From the NCBI GenBank assembly GCA_951406725.2, contig OX597828.1, positions 16,926,001-16,990,000 of the forward strand: DNA of 64,000 nucleotides, written 5' to 3'. Positions 1 to 11,927 of the stretch are shown here, piece by piece; the first letter of the stretch is position 1, and every line of letters starts with the position of its first letter. Made by a program: the position numbers and the translations under genes. The notes under the pieces were generated by a model. That model did not search any database and was not told where the DNA came from. It was given only the letters and a program-made list of their open reading frames with translations. Origin of the DNA: Octopus vulgaris (lineage: Eukaryota).

Positions 1-274
1 TTATGCAGATATATTTATGGGGAAGCTCGGTTATTACGTTGCTGTTAAAAATACAAAGCGTCAAGAATTTATTGGTGCCATCAACATCTTTTTTTTTTTT
101 TTTTATTTCTCTTCTGCTTTCTAAATGACCAAGGATACGTGAAGACGAAAATTATGTTACATTGGTATACGTGAATAGCGGAAGTGAATTCCTTACATTC
201 CAAGTTGTTTCCAGTCTGCAAGACTAATCTGAAATGCTATGTAGAACGAATCAAAAGAAGAAAATTCGTCTGTT

Positions 275-948
<674 letters not shown>

Positions 949-1388
949 GGATGCTTCATTTTCCAATGTTATTTGGTTCAGTAAGTTTCGTGTTTATGAA
1001 AACGTGACGCCTTCCGATCATCTATTCACCATTTGAATACAGTTAGTGATTTGTAAAATCTTGCCCTGTGCTGAGATTCCAGATGGCATTCAGCTTTGTA
1101 AACTATTCCAAACTGAATTTTGCTAAGACAGAACTACGCCATTCTCAATGCAAATGAAGCAGTATTGGATATTGGTACCGAGATGATGAAGAAAACTAAT
1201 CCACATACATAAATATATATATATATATATATATATAAGTGGGATGACCACTACGTGGATAACCCTTATGCTAGAAGTACATCCGCTATGGTCTTACCAC
1301 TAAGAAAAGAATGTTCTCAAGAAAATTTAACAAACGCCAGAACGTAAGCGAGCAACACAAATGAAAGGAAACATAATTATAGATTAAT

Positions 1389-1460
1389 ATTATACATGTT
1401 TCACAATATTATACAGTTACGCAATTTTACTTACGCAATTGTCCGTAGCTCTTCAGTATG
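1389..1460 (-). ncRNA. Degenerate type I hammerhead ribozyme-like motif
   Basis: Minus strand: cata-CTGAAGA-gctac...ttgt-GAAA-catg-TA-taat. Core boxes are intact and stem III is the palindrome ACATGT; stems I and II are imperfect. It lies in a short element next to (TA)n. Confidence 0.5.
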
Positions 1461-1561
1461 AACGTCTTTGCAAATGTAATTTGCAGAACTACACACGAGA
1501 CGTCCGCATACATACATACATACATACATACATACATACATGCATACATACATATGTATAT

Positions 1562-1650
<89 letters not shown>

Positions 1651-1803
1651 GTGTGTGTCAGTGTTTACTGCAAAATAAATGGATTTATCTGATCCAGTGG
1701 TAATCACAACAAAGATCCATATGTGGACGAGGCCACAACCCACATATTAAACCACACATAGGGATATAATGTACAGTAGAACGTCAGTAAATCCAACCAT
1801 GCG

Positions 1804-1847
<44 letters not shown>

Positions 1848-1976
1848 TAAAAAGAATTCCAACCTTGTCTGATTTTCACGTTTTATTTACAATCTTATAA
1901 TGATATATTATAAGATAATATATTATAATTGAATAAAATAAAATGAAATAGTAGAATGTTAAATATTCATTCTGAT

Positions 1977-2021
1977 TGAACTAGTACTTTCATGCATTGA
2001 ATTCTGCAATCTTCGGGTTCA
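1977..2021 (-). ncRNA. Minimal type I hammerhead ribozyme motif in the PLE 3' region (pLTR-like)
   Basis: Minus strand: TGAAC-CCGAAGA-tTGCAgaattcaaTGCAt-GAAA-GTAC-TA-GTTCA. Perfect 5-bp stem I, 4-bp stem II, palindromic AGTACT stem III; U4 is replaced by C in the core. Confidence 0.8.
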
Positions 2022-2084
2022 TGTAGTAGTGTTGACAGTCATGCTTCACAATTTTTGACTGTAGCAAGATGAGTGATTCTGTGC

Positions 2085-2198
2085 TATAAATACAGCTGGG
2101 TAGGCTCCAGAGTGCTAGGTTTTGCAAACTGTATTCTGACCAATCAGTGTGTAGTATCACTCAATTACTTAAGCTGATTGGTTGGTTGAGCTGATTGG
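2085..2198 (-). promoter_or_regulatory. Candidate pLTR promoter: three CCAATCAG boxes and a TATA-like motif upstream of the hammerhead
   Basis: ctgattgg at 2174-2181 and 2191-2198 (CCAATCAG on minus), ccaatcag at 2140-2147, tataaata at 2085-2092 (TATTTATA on minus). Confidence 0.45.
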
Positions 2199-2515
2199 TT
2201 TAGGCATCACGCTTTGTTGGACAGGTCAAGAGTCCTGTATCTTGACCCTGGCCGAAGCAGCAATTGTTGGGTTATTTTTAGAAATGTTGTAAATATCCTT
2301 TGTCAGAGATTTTTATATTTTTATATTTCAATTGTCATCATCATCATTGTCAGCACCTTAATTATTGTTGCTAGTGGTGATGGTGGTGGCAATAGAACTT
2401 TTAACCCTAAATAAGATAATTTTCCTGCTATCTTCGTCTTGATCACCTTTAGTATTGTTGTTGTTGTTAGTGGTCATGGTCGTAGCAGTGGAAGTAATAC
2501 CTCTAAGTATTATTA

Positions 2516-4423
2516 TTATTGCTTATTTAGCTTGGGTTCGAATTTATCAATAAAATTCTTTTCTCTGATTTTCCTCTCGATTTCACTTGGGCTGTGTAAT
2601 TTGTAGAATGGAAATATTATATATATTTTCCGACCACATGTTGCTAGGTGGTTACTCAAAGGTATCTGACGGACCTCTGGGTCTCTAATCTGTTGCCGGT
2701 GTACACGTGAGCGTTCTAATAGTGCGTTTCCCGTCTGACCTACATATATTTCTTCACAATTTGGGCATTTGATGCAGTAAATTAAATTTCTGCTTTTGCA
2801 GTTCATATTCGCGTTTGTGAATATTTTCCCGGTTTTTGTGTTTATATATTGACCGGTATGTATGAATTGGCATGTGCCACATCGGCTATCATTGCATTTA
2901 GATACCGTGAATGTTTGGTCTTTGTTGCTGAGGTCAAATTTTGCCTTTGTTAGTAATGTTTTCAAGTTTTTAGGCTGTCTTTTACTAAGCACCATAGCTC
3001 GATCCTTGATTATGTCTTTTAATTCATTACTTTGGGCAATGATTGGTAGGTTTGCTTTGGCAATGTTGAAGATATTCTGGTGACATGGGTTGTGTGTCAC
3101 TATGAATGGTATGACTTGTTCTTGTTTTCCTCTTCCTTGGGTTGTCCTAAGTTGTTGTATAGGTATTTTTATAGCCCGCTGTATGCCATTTTCTATAAGT
3201 AGAGATGGGTATTTTTGTTTGAGCAAAAATTCTCTTAGTTCTATTGGGCGTTTGTTCCTGATATTTGCATCTTCTACAATAGTACAAATTCTTCTGGCTA
3301 GGCAGTATGGGATGTTACGTTTTGTATGTGGTGGATGGCACGACTTAAAATTTAGGTATTGATGTGTGTCTGTGTGTTTATAGTATATATCTGTGGTGAT
3401 GGTGGTGTCTTTTTTAATTACCATTATATCCAGGAATGGTAATTTGGTACTACTCATCTCCTTTGTAAATTTGAGAGATGGGTGTAGGTTGTTCAGGAGG
3501 ATATTGAACTCTTCCAGAGTATTTAGAGATTCTGTCCAGATTATGAAACAGTCGTCTAGGTATCTCTTCCATGCCTTTTCAATATACTTTCTAAATCCAG
3601 TGCCATAGTTTACCTCCACCTCTTGGTAGAGTTGTTCTTCTAAGTATCCCATTACAGAGTTGGCGTAAACGGGAGCAAACCTCGTTCTCATCGCCGTGCC
3701 TCTAATTTGGATGTAATTCTTTCCATTGAAGAAGGTGTTATTTTCTAGAATAAGTTTGACTGTGTCTAATATAAATGGCACTGTGAATCTGCTGGGAATG
3801 ACTTCTCTATGTTTTTCTAACCAGTATTTAATCGCCTTTATTCCTAAATCGTGTGGAATATTGGTGTAGAGGCTTACCACATCAAAACTTAGTAAAACTG
3901 AATTTGTTTCTGTTGTTTTGGGAAGATGGGACAGGAAGTCGATGTCATCCCTGATGAAACTTGGTATGTAAGTACATAGTGGTTTCAAAACAATGTCAAT
4001 AAAATTGCTTAGACGGTGTGTAGGGCATGCTGGACCAGCTATAATAGGTCTAAGTTTTAGGTCTTTTGGATGTAATAATTTTATGTACTCACTTTCTTGT
4101 TCTTTTACTGCCTGTTGAATGTTTTTTGATTTGTGTATTTTTGGTAAGCCGTAGAAGTTGCTGGGTTTTGGTTCAAAATTGGTGATGTAGTCTTTTTCAT
4201 TATCCGTAAGTGAGTTGTGGTGTGTTGAAATCAGGTTGTTGATCTTTTTCATGATGTGGTGGTCTATATTTGCGGGTATTTCACAATAGAAGGTTGTATC
4301 CTTCAGTTGGTCTTCAACCAAATCCTTATAGTATTCGGTATCCATAATAACAATTGCACCACCTTTATCTGCTTGTTTAATTATTATTGTTTGATCGTTT
4401 TGTATACGTTTACATGCACACAT
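2516..4423 (-). CDS. PLE reverse transcriptase plus GIY-YIG endonuclease (probably a mildly decayed copy)
   Basis: Motifs IKQADKGGAIVIMD, FYGLPKIHK, LRPIIAG, SFDVVSLYTNI, QIRGTAM, RYLDD, FLDI, YYKHTDTHQYL, SCHP; linker CNDSRCGTC; endonuclease NLIYCIKCPNCEEIYVGQT..R...H..RE. Possible lesions: GTAMR in place of GTAMG and a short deletion near NNTFFNG. Confidence 0.95.
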   Translation of the reverse strand: MCACKRIQNDQTIIIKQADKGGAIVIMDTEYYKDLVEDQLKDTTFYCEIPANIDHHIMKKINNLISTHHNSLTDNEKDYITNFEPKPSNFYGLPKIHKSKNIQQAVKEQESEYIKLLHPKDLKLRPIIAGPACPTHRLSNFIDIVLKPLCTYIPSFIRDDIDFLSHLPKTTETNSVLLSFDVVSLYTNIPHDLGIKAIKYWLEKHREVIPSRFTVPFILDTVKLILENNTFFNGKNYIQIRGTAMRTRFAPVYANSVMGYLEEQLYQEVEVNYGTGFRKYIEKAWKRYLDDCFIIWTESLNTLEEFNILLNNLHPSLKFTKEMSSTKLPFLDIMVIKKDTTITTDIYYKHTDTHQYLNFKSCHPPHTKRNIPYCLARRICTIVEDANIRNKRPIELREFLLKQKYPSLLIENGIQRAIKIPIQQLRTTQGRGKQEQVIPFIVTHNPCHQNIFNIAKANLPIIAQSNELKDIIKDRAMVLSKRQPKNLKTLLTKAKFDLSNKDQTFTVSKCNDSRCGTCQFIHTGQYINTKTGKIFTNANMNCKSRNLIYCIKCPNCEEIYVGQTGNALLERSRVHRQQIRDPEVRQIPLSNHLATCGRKIYIIFPFYKLHSPSEIERKIREKNFIDKFEPKLNKQ

Positions 4424-4839
4424 CTCTGATTTGCTAATGTTTGGCCTAACATTGGTATTGCGTCTAAGGGAAATTTAGACAGGATATCAATGTATTGGTC
4501 AAGGTAGTTATTTCTTCCTTTTGGTGGGGTGAAATTTGATTTATTCCTTACTAGGGATTCATCAATCTCATTACTTTTGTTAGCGAAGAATTCTACAAGT
4601 CGTAATTTTCGACAGAATTTTTGGATATCCTCCTTTAATTCTTGGTGGTTGGCTGTTGGTGTAGGTGTGAATTTCAGTCCTTTTGACAGAAGTTGGATTT
4701 CATCATTGTCAAGATCTCTTTTTGATAAATTAATTATTTTAGGATCTATACGTTCAGTTGTTTGGGGTATGTTTCCTCTTGGACTTTTTCTTTCTCCGGT
4801 GTTTGTTGTCCTGACGTAAAAAAATGGATTTTTTTCTGG
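4384..4839 (-). pseudogene. Frameshifted N-terminal part of the PLE RT ORF, not in the ORF track
   Basis: Translates ...[30 protein letters not shown]...DIQKFCRKLRLVEFF...NKSNFTPPKGRNNYLDQYIDILSKFPL, the typical PLE INLS/KGLxFxPTP N-terminus. It joins the 2516-4423 frame by a -1 shift near 4460-4475. Confidence 0.85.
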
Positions 4840-5572
4840 TTATGATTTATATTCCTGTTGATGTTTGCTTGATGAATTTTGCGTTTTGGTTGTGGTACTT
4901 TACTTGGTTTCGTTATGTTTTCTGTCTTGTTTTTGGTATTATGTATGCTACTTTTCAATTTCTTGTTAGCATTGTTTTTAACCACCTGGAGAAATGATCT
5001 GGGTTTACTTCTAGATCTAGATCGGTTTTTTGTCCAGTTTCTTGTGGGTAATCTCTGTTGAGGTCTTGAAAATGATCTCCTGTTATTTCTACTGCTAATG
5101 GTCTGTTCAAAACAATATCTATTTTGTTTGTGCTTTTTGTTCATGTTGTGTGCATTAGGGTGTTTGCATACAAAATGGGAAGAGTTCTTACCGTAGTTCG
5201 TCTTCGATTCGTGGTGAAACGGGTGTTCATGTTGCCACGTGTTCTGGTGTATGTTGCGTTGGTGAGGTTGTCCACTTTTAATGCTATTTCTCGGAGTTCT
5301 GGTGTCTTTACCGTAATTTGTAGCATATTTGTCGAGAAATAATTGTTTCCGCTGCCAAAACTTTCTTGATCTGCTTTCTTCTTTTGAGATATCTCTGATC
5401 CATAGTTCTCGCATTTTTTCTGCTATATTGCCGGTCGTTAGTTTGGATATTTCATCTCTGATTTGATCATCGATAGCTTCGTATTTGGCTTTGTAGCGGG
5501 ATTGTTTAGACAGGGTAATGGAGATGTCGGTCCTGAATTTTATCAAACTAAGGTCCCATCGAAGTTTAGTTT

Positions 5573-5573
<1 letters not shown>
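4746..5573 (-). CDS. Upstream PLE ORF (ORF1 or N-terminal extension), 5'-truncated; helical N-part then basic, RS/N-rich region
   Basis: Open from the (TA)n junction ([28 protein letters not shown]...) to TAG at 4746; same strand as the RT and overlapping the RT frame by ~90 nt. Confidence 0.65.
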
Positions 5574-5624
<51 letters not shown>

Positions 5625-5682
5625 GGGTAATGGAGATGTCGGTCCTGAATTTTATCAAACTAAGGTCCCATCGAAGTTTAGT

Positions 5683-5685
<3 letters not shown>
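5507..5685. repeat. 67-bp direct duplication of the PLE 5' terminus, separated by (TA)n
   Basis: tagacagggtaatggagatgtcggtcc...gaagtttagtttc at 5507-5573 and 5619-5685, each followed by (TA)n. Confidence 0.92.
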
Positions 5686-5749
<64 letters not shown>

Positions 5750-5889
5750 GACAACTAAATTATTAGACATCTATACTAGGTAAATAGAGGAATTTATACC
5801 TCTATAGTTTAGGACAATCAATAAATTCAAGGACTCAGAATTTCAAGTTTGAATGTAACCTAGAAGAGAAGAGTTACTTCCCTTTTTAT

Positions 5890-6444
5890 TCAACGGTTTT
5901 TTATAGCATCTATTGTCATAATAGCTTGTTTTAAACGCTCTAATTGCTGACAGTAAACTTGAGCGTCGATTGTTGCATTAGGTAGTAACAATTCGAAGTT
6001 AATTACTCCTTTGCAATCCAACCAGGTAGAGAGAAGAACCTTTTTTCCCATGAAGTCCCTCCTCGGTTGTGGTTGAGCATTTTCCCTTTTACCAAGCCAC
6101 TGTTTACGATGTTTAACATTTCGATAGAAGATCCATTTTTCGTCACCAGTCACAAGTCTATCCAAAAAGGGTGAAATGAGTTCCCGAGAATGGAGAGAAG
6201 CGCAGATGTCAACTCGGGATTTGCGGTTGCTTTCGGGCAACTCATGAGGCACCCATTTTTCCAAGTTTAGGAACCATTCCAAGTTGTTGAAGATAACGAT
6301 GAACAGTTGTATGGTTTGAACTAAGCCTTATTGCCAATTCTTCAACTGAAAATGCTGGATTTTCTTCAAGTAATGCCTCAAAGAGCTTATCATCAAACTC
6401 AATTGGACGTCGTATTCGATCTTCATCTTCAAGGCTGAAGTCTC
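5890..6444 (-). pseudogene. Mariner (DD34D-type) transposase fragment, frameshifted and truncated by a SINE
   Basis: WVPHEL, FLDRLVTGDEKW, KKVLLSTW, TIDAQVYCQQLERL in one frame; GDFSLEDEDR...RP, ELAIRL..HTTVHRYLQQLG in another. Confidence 0.9.
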
Positions 6445-6787
6445 CAGTCATTTGACTGCGGCCATGCTGGAGTACCACCTTTAGTCGAGCAAATCGACCC
6501 CAGGACTTATTCTTTGTAAGCCTAGTACTTATTCTATCAGTATATTTTGCCGAATCGCTAAGTTACGGGAACGTAAACACACCGTCGTCGGTTGTCAAGT
6601 GAAGTATTTTTTTTTGGGGGGGGGGTGCATCACAGACACACACACATATATATATATATATATTGGCCTGCTCGCTTAGCCAGCGGGGTGGCGTCATTTG
6701 AAGGCTAAAACAATGCGAACGCATTGTGACCAGACGAGCGATGTGGTTGATAACCAAGCTACTTACCACACAGCCACTCCTGCGCCT
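6445..6787 (-). mobile_element. tRNA-derived SINE, family A, with an embedded RTE 3' fragment
   Basis: cagtcatttgactgcggccatgctggag...acttaccacacagccactcctgcgcct recurs many times in the window; insert at 6663-6744. Confidence 0.85.
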
Positions 6788-7849
6788 TTGTAGTATATCA
6801 TGGTTGCATAACACTATACGGCGTCCCTTCAAGTCAATAATATTTACGTACCGGTTTCCAGGAATATGTTTAATATATAAAATTGGTACATCCAAAAAGC
6901 GTTACACCCGGTATATTTAGGGGTTATTTTAGCAATGAGTTCGTAGGTGATTAATGGTTTGGATGGATGCTGATGCGGGACTAAAATCTTCTGAAATATG
7001 CCAGATACGCGCACTGCCCACTTTTCATCTTCGTTGTGATGTTGTAGAAATAACCTTAACAAGTAAATATATTGGTATATCAAGATTTCGACTTTGTGAT
7101 GAGTTCAATGATATCAGCCTTGTGTGGCACCTATTTACAGTTTAGTGGACTGAGTCGTTAATGTCTTTATTATATTGGCCAATATAATAAACCAATATAA
7201 TAAAGTCACCACTCGTAAACTATATATCGACTATGGCGATTTCACATTGCTAAATATCGACCACTGTATTTTTAAACAGCAAAGCACCTACAGATAATTG
7301 TATTGGTGGAACGGATTCGAAGCGGATACGAAACGCTGGTCTCTCAGCCAGTGGTTAATTATTAGATCTACTCGGTCAAATACGTTCCCCTTAAACGTCT
7401 AAGAACGGATAGAAATTACTTATAATTATACAAGGTGATTTATATCTTTGGTTGGACTGACAGTATGAATAAAGACAGCACTCAGGTATGTCTTAGAATA
7501 CGGAATAAGAAGCTAATTATTTCCTGCAATCTTAAAATCGCATCACATTGGAGCGTATTTTAAAGATTTTAATTAACCCTACACCTCCGATGTCCTACCG
7601 TTCGTTATTATTTATTCTAAACGCGAGGGTCTTGATGCAATTGGTTAACTCGCTATGAAATAAATACACTTTATGTTTCTAGTAACCATTGATCATTAAA
7701 ACAGTTTTCCCTAAACGGAATCATTGAAGTAAAACTTCAAATTTAATTTACAATGCTTTTCATGTATACATAAAACGGTAGCGAAACATTGAAATTTCTT
7801 AGCAATTTCTAATCAGAAACTTTATCTTTAGAAACTCACAGATCTTTGA

Positions 7850-8600
7850 TATCTGAAGAAATAGTCTGTGATCCAGCAAACCCTCTTTGAATAAAACTCA
7901 TATGTAAACAAGACATATTTTAGTAGATGCTCCAAATTATGAATAATGCTAGCAAATTTAATATTCTGCAAGAAATATGAAGGGAACAGAGAAGTGAAAT
8001 TCTAAGATGTCATATTGAATTACTACTGATGTATCAGTTTAGTTCAATGGATAAGGCGGCACTTATCAATATTTTAAAACCTAAATGCTAAGTGATTTTA
8101 TTTTGGTTTGGATCTATGAGCAATATTCCGACAATATAGCTGCAGTGAATAGGAGTCTAAATGGACTCTAAGAGCTAATTAAAGATTTTAAAGGAAGTGA
8201 TTTTTCTTGTTTAAATTGACCTAAAGTTAGATCACAAGCACAGAATCTAGAGAATGGATAATTGAATGCTTTCATTATAATAAAACAGGCGACTTTGTAT
8301 AAAAGGAATATTTATGTAACAAATGTAGGAATTTTTCATTTGGCGCTTTCTGCTTATTCAAATTGTATATTACATCTCCAAGGAAATTTTAACGAAATTG
8401 AGAATATTCTGTTTCACAATTCTTACCAAAGTTTAAAATACACATAGACATTTATGAATGGATCATCTGAAAACAAGATATTTTTCTTCCTTTTTGTTTT
8501 AATTATTTCTTTCGCAATAAATTCAAATCCACAAATCATATTTGAAGGCAAGTTTAGATGTTGTCTTTTGCAATAACTTCACCACTACGAGCTGCAAAAC
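7850..8600 (+). pseudogene. Possible highly decayed hAT-like transposase relic
   Basis: Fragments such as LYKRNI and YSNCILHLQGNFNEIE resemble the hAT C-terminal region; many stops. Confidence 0.25.
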
Positions 8601-8840
8601 ATATTATCTAGAGGTCAGTGTTATCGATTTAACCTTTTCAAATGGGCTGCTGAAATATATCTCTTCTGCATATTTTACTATCATTTGAAATGCTAAGATT
8701 AATTTTTATGAGCATTTGTATATGTCATCTCAAACAAAAATTTTCTACTTGAAATTTTAACAGCAAAACTAATGGATAATGATGCACAAATAGATAGAGA
8801 GATGGATAAATAAATAGGCAGGAATAAAGACAGCTACATG

Positions 8841-8848
8841 GTAGATAG

Positions 8849-8913
<65 letters not shown>

Positions 8914-8935
8914 AAGGAAGAAAGATAGATAGATA
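8841..8935. repeat. (GATA)n microsatellite
   Basis: Read directly from sequence. Confidence 0.95.
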
Positions 8936-9904
8936 GTGTTTTAGATTATAGATACGTAAACAAAGAGACATCGTTGTCAATTATATATTTCATATATTAT
9001 CTGTTTATTTGAAACAAAAACAAATAACTCGGTTGTTGCGTTTAAGCAGAACGCTATTGAAAATGACCTTTATACTAATGCAATTATATATGCTATATAT
9101 CCAGATATCAATAAAACTGATACGGAATATCATATAGACGTGTATGACCTATTTATCTTCAACTATTACAGAGGGACATGAAGATGCTTTCCTCTCTCTC
9201 TCATTCTACATCTTCCGCGTTCTCTCTCTCAATCATCCTGTCTCTCTCTCTCTGTCTCTCTCTCTCTCTCTGTGTTTCTCTTACTTTAACTACACCTCTT
9301 AATGTTCCGTATAGTTTTTTAAAAACTTCGTTACACTTGTGTGTAGTGATCTATTGCCTGTGTAGATGAACGGTAAACCATTTATCGCAGATCTGAATTC
9401 TATTTTATGTTGGCTTTATTTTACAGCATATTTATCTATATATTTATATCTTTTTTTTTCATCAGGCAGCAAATGTCAATACGTCAATATTCTCACTCTG
9501 TCGTAGGAAGCAGGATCATGACAGCTAGTACTTAGCTCAGGTTTTATGGCTACAAGCAGATGAGAGATAGCTAACACTCCCGGAGGTAGCGTCAACATTT
9601 TGAAAGTAACGTTCTCCTATTACTTGTTATCTATTTCCGACAGGTCACAAAACTAAGATACTGAAAAAGAAAAGCAATGCATTCTGGTCAGACAAGAAAC
9701 AGAGGAAAACGCCTACGAAGAAGTCACGATGTTTGCTTTTGATCTTGTTGAAGTTGCAGCAAGTTGATGCGGAAACCACACCCTGCCGTATAAAAAGAAG
9801 ATAATACTGAAATCATTTATATCTGTTACTTGTCTCAGTTATTGGACTGCGGCCAAGGAGGGCGCCACCTTGAGGAATTTTAATCGAACTGATCGACTCT
9901 ACAT

Positions 9905-10089
9905 TATTTACATTCGACGGATATTTGTCCTCATCTTGTTTGTTGTTAAAACAACGCTTCGGCTGATATACCCTCCAGCCTTAATCAGGTGCATTGAGGA
10001 AATTTCGAACCTGAGTTCTCATTCTTTAGGTATTTTTCGATACTGCTGCTGCTGCTGCTATTATTATTATATCATTATTATTATTATCA

Positions 10090-10130
<41 letters not shown>

Positions 10131-10436
10131 TATGTCACTGCCTGAAACTGAACACGGAATCTTGGGGTTAGTTGCCCATGCTCTTAAACACTACGCCGTA
10201 TGCCCATGGGCAATTATGGAGTGAATTTTAGAGCTTGTAAATCTAATATTTTCCTATCCTTCCTTAATGCCGGTTCCCATATGCTGCGCATATCAGCACT
10301 CGGTCTGCTTAGGAGGCTGTTGTGTCCTAGCATATATGCTGCTTCAATTAATTTTCGTATCTTCCAGTGGTGTTCTTTGTCTATTATTTTAACTTCATCT
10401 CACAGGGGGAAGCGGTCTCCATTTTTCCATACATGA
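9905..10436 (-). mobile_element. 3' fragment of a second PLE: endonuclease tail, tRNA-like segment, (TAA)n and hammerhead
   Basis: Minus strand translates DEVKIIDKEHHWKIRKLIEAAYM...LLSRPS (GIY-YIG C-terminal R..E motif); then a tRNA-like segment at ~10136-10205, (TAA)n, and a hammerhead motif. Confidence 0.65.
9949..9992 (-). ncRNA. Degenerate minimal hammerhead ribozyme motif
   Basis: gcac-CTGATTA-a-GGCTG gagggtatat CAGCC-GAAG-cg-TT-gttt. Perfect 5-bp stem II; two core substitutions. Confidence 0.65.
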
Positions 10437-10439
10437 TCG

Positions 10440-10812
10440 ACTCTAGTACTTTTCTTTCTTAAGCCAGGTACTTATCCTATCGGTCTCTTTTGCGGAACCA
10501 CTAAGGTACGTGAACGTAATCACACCAACACTGCTTGTCAAGCGGTGGTGGGGGACACAGGCACAAAGACACATACTCACAAACAACCACACATTCACGC
10601 ACGCACACACACTTACACACACACACACACACACATGTATAATATCTACGACGGGCTTCTTTTATTTTCCGACTACCAAATCCGCTCACAAGGCTTTGGT
10701 CGATCCGAAGCTATAGTAAAAGACGCACGTCAAAGGTGACCGGCACTGGGGGTTGAACCCCGAACCATTTGGTTAGGAAGCTAAATTCTTACCACACTGC
10801 CACGCTTGCGTC
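10440..10812 (-). mobile_element. SINE family A
   Basis: Matches the family A body (atcggtctcttttgc, tccgctcacaaggctttggtc, accacactgccacgcttgcg). Confidence 0.8.
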
Positions 10813-11644
10813 TAAAAAGTATACGGAGTTGTTGAAGGGGAACTTTCGTTCATAATAAATTTGTTCGATCAGCGATGAATCCGGCTTGCTGAATAGCAAT
10901 AAGAACTTGTTTCATAACTAAGAGGTCAACTACCGATACCAAAAGCGATCGAGGAACGCTTTTTGGTCTATCAACTTCTAGAAATAACTGCCAAAATTTT
11001 TCTCAAATAACATATTTTAACAACTTAACAAAAGAAAGAATACCCTATATACGACACTTGATATAATTATTCATCTATTGTTAATACTTGATAACATAAT
11101 ATTCACGTGAAACCTAATTCCCGCAGAGTAATATGCATAGGCGCTCCAGATTTCTCAAACTTGTATTGAAATCAAAAATAGTATATTTAAGACAACAATA
11201 TGAGTTGCGTTCAGGTATATGATTAAGAAACAAAAGAGATTTGGTTGCTAAGTCTAACAAAAGATAGTTAGTTAGTCATGACAGATGCGGCAGTTTGGCC
11301 GGTCACTGTACGCATAAGGGTTTGAAACTGCTAACGGGACTTTAAACATTAATAGTTTCGCGAGGATAATAGTTAGATTTAGAAAGATATTGCAGAATGT
11401 TTCAGGCAGAAAATATGGCTGATTATATAATATTGTTAAATATATGAAATTATAGCTTCACCACACGAAAAATTTAGGGATAATATACGATATTAAAGCA
11501 TATGAAATACAACATTTTAAAACTATATCCGTTGGACATATTTAGGATAAAAAATGAATATATATATTTGTGTGTGTGTATGAGTGTCTATGTGTAAACA
11601 CGCATATATATAAATACATGTGTACATACATATATGTATATATG

Positions 11645-11696
<52 letters not shown>

Positions 11697-11785
11697 TAAT
11701 ATTTATTAATTTGTCCATCCAACTTCGCGTGGGTATGCTGTGTAAACGCCACAAAATGCAGTAATTGACATGTGAAATTAACTTA

Positions 11786-11823
<38 letters not shown>

Positions 11824-11886
11824 GAGATACATATATACACATACATATATATATATATATATATACATGTACATCTATATGATATG

Positions 11887-11927
<41 letters not shown>

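Larger units (their letters stand above)
1845..5573 (-). mobile_element. Penelope-like retroelement (Neptune-like), 5'-truncated, inserted in (TA)n
   Basis: RT plus GIY-YIG ORF, upstream basic ORF, 3' non-coding region with a hammerhead motif and AATAAA; bounded by (TA)n at ~1808-1843 and 5575-5620. Confidence 0.92.

Noticed and set aside
4455-4480. Second frameshift in the PLE as a programmed site
   Set aside because: No in-frame X-XXY-YYZ heptamer (TCT AAA TTT CCC); a 1-bp deletion is simpler.
2862-5342. Plus-strand ORFs overlapping the PLE
   Set aside because: Antisense shadows of the PLE coding frames.
6890-7400. Possible Tc1 relic, or an exon with a donor near 7485
   Set aside because: Motifs are too weak and the frames I checked contain stops.
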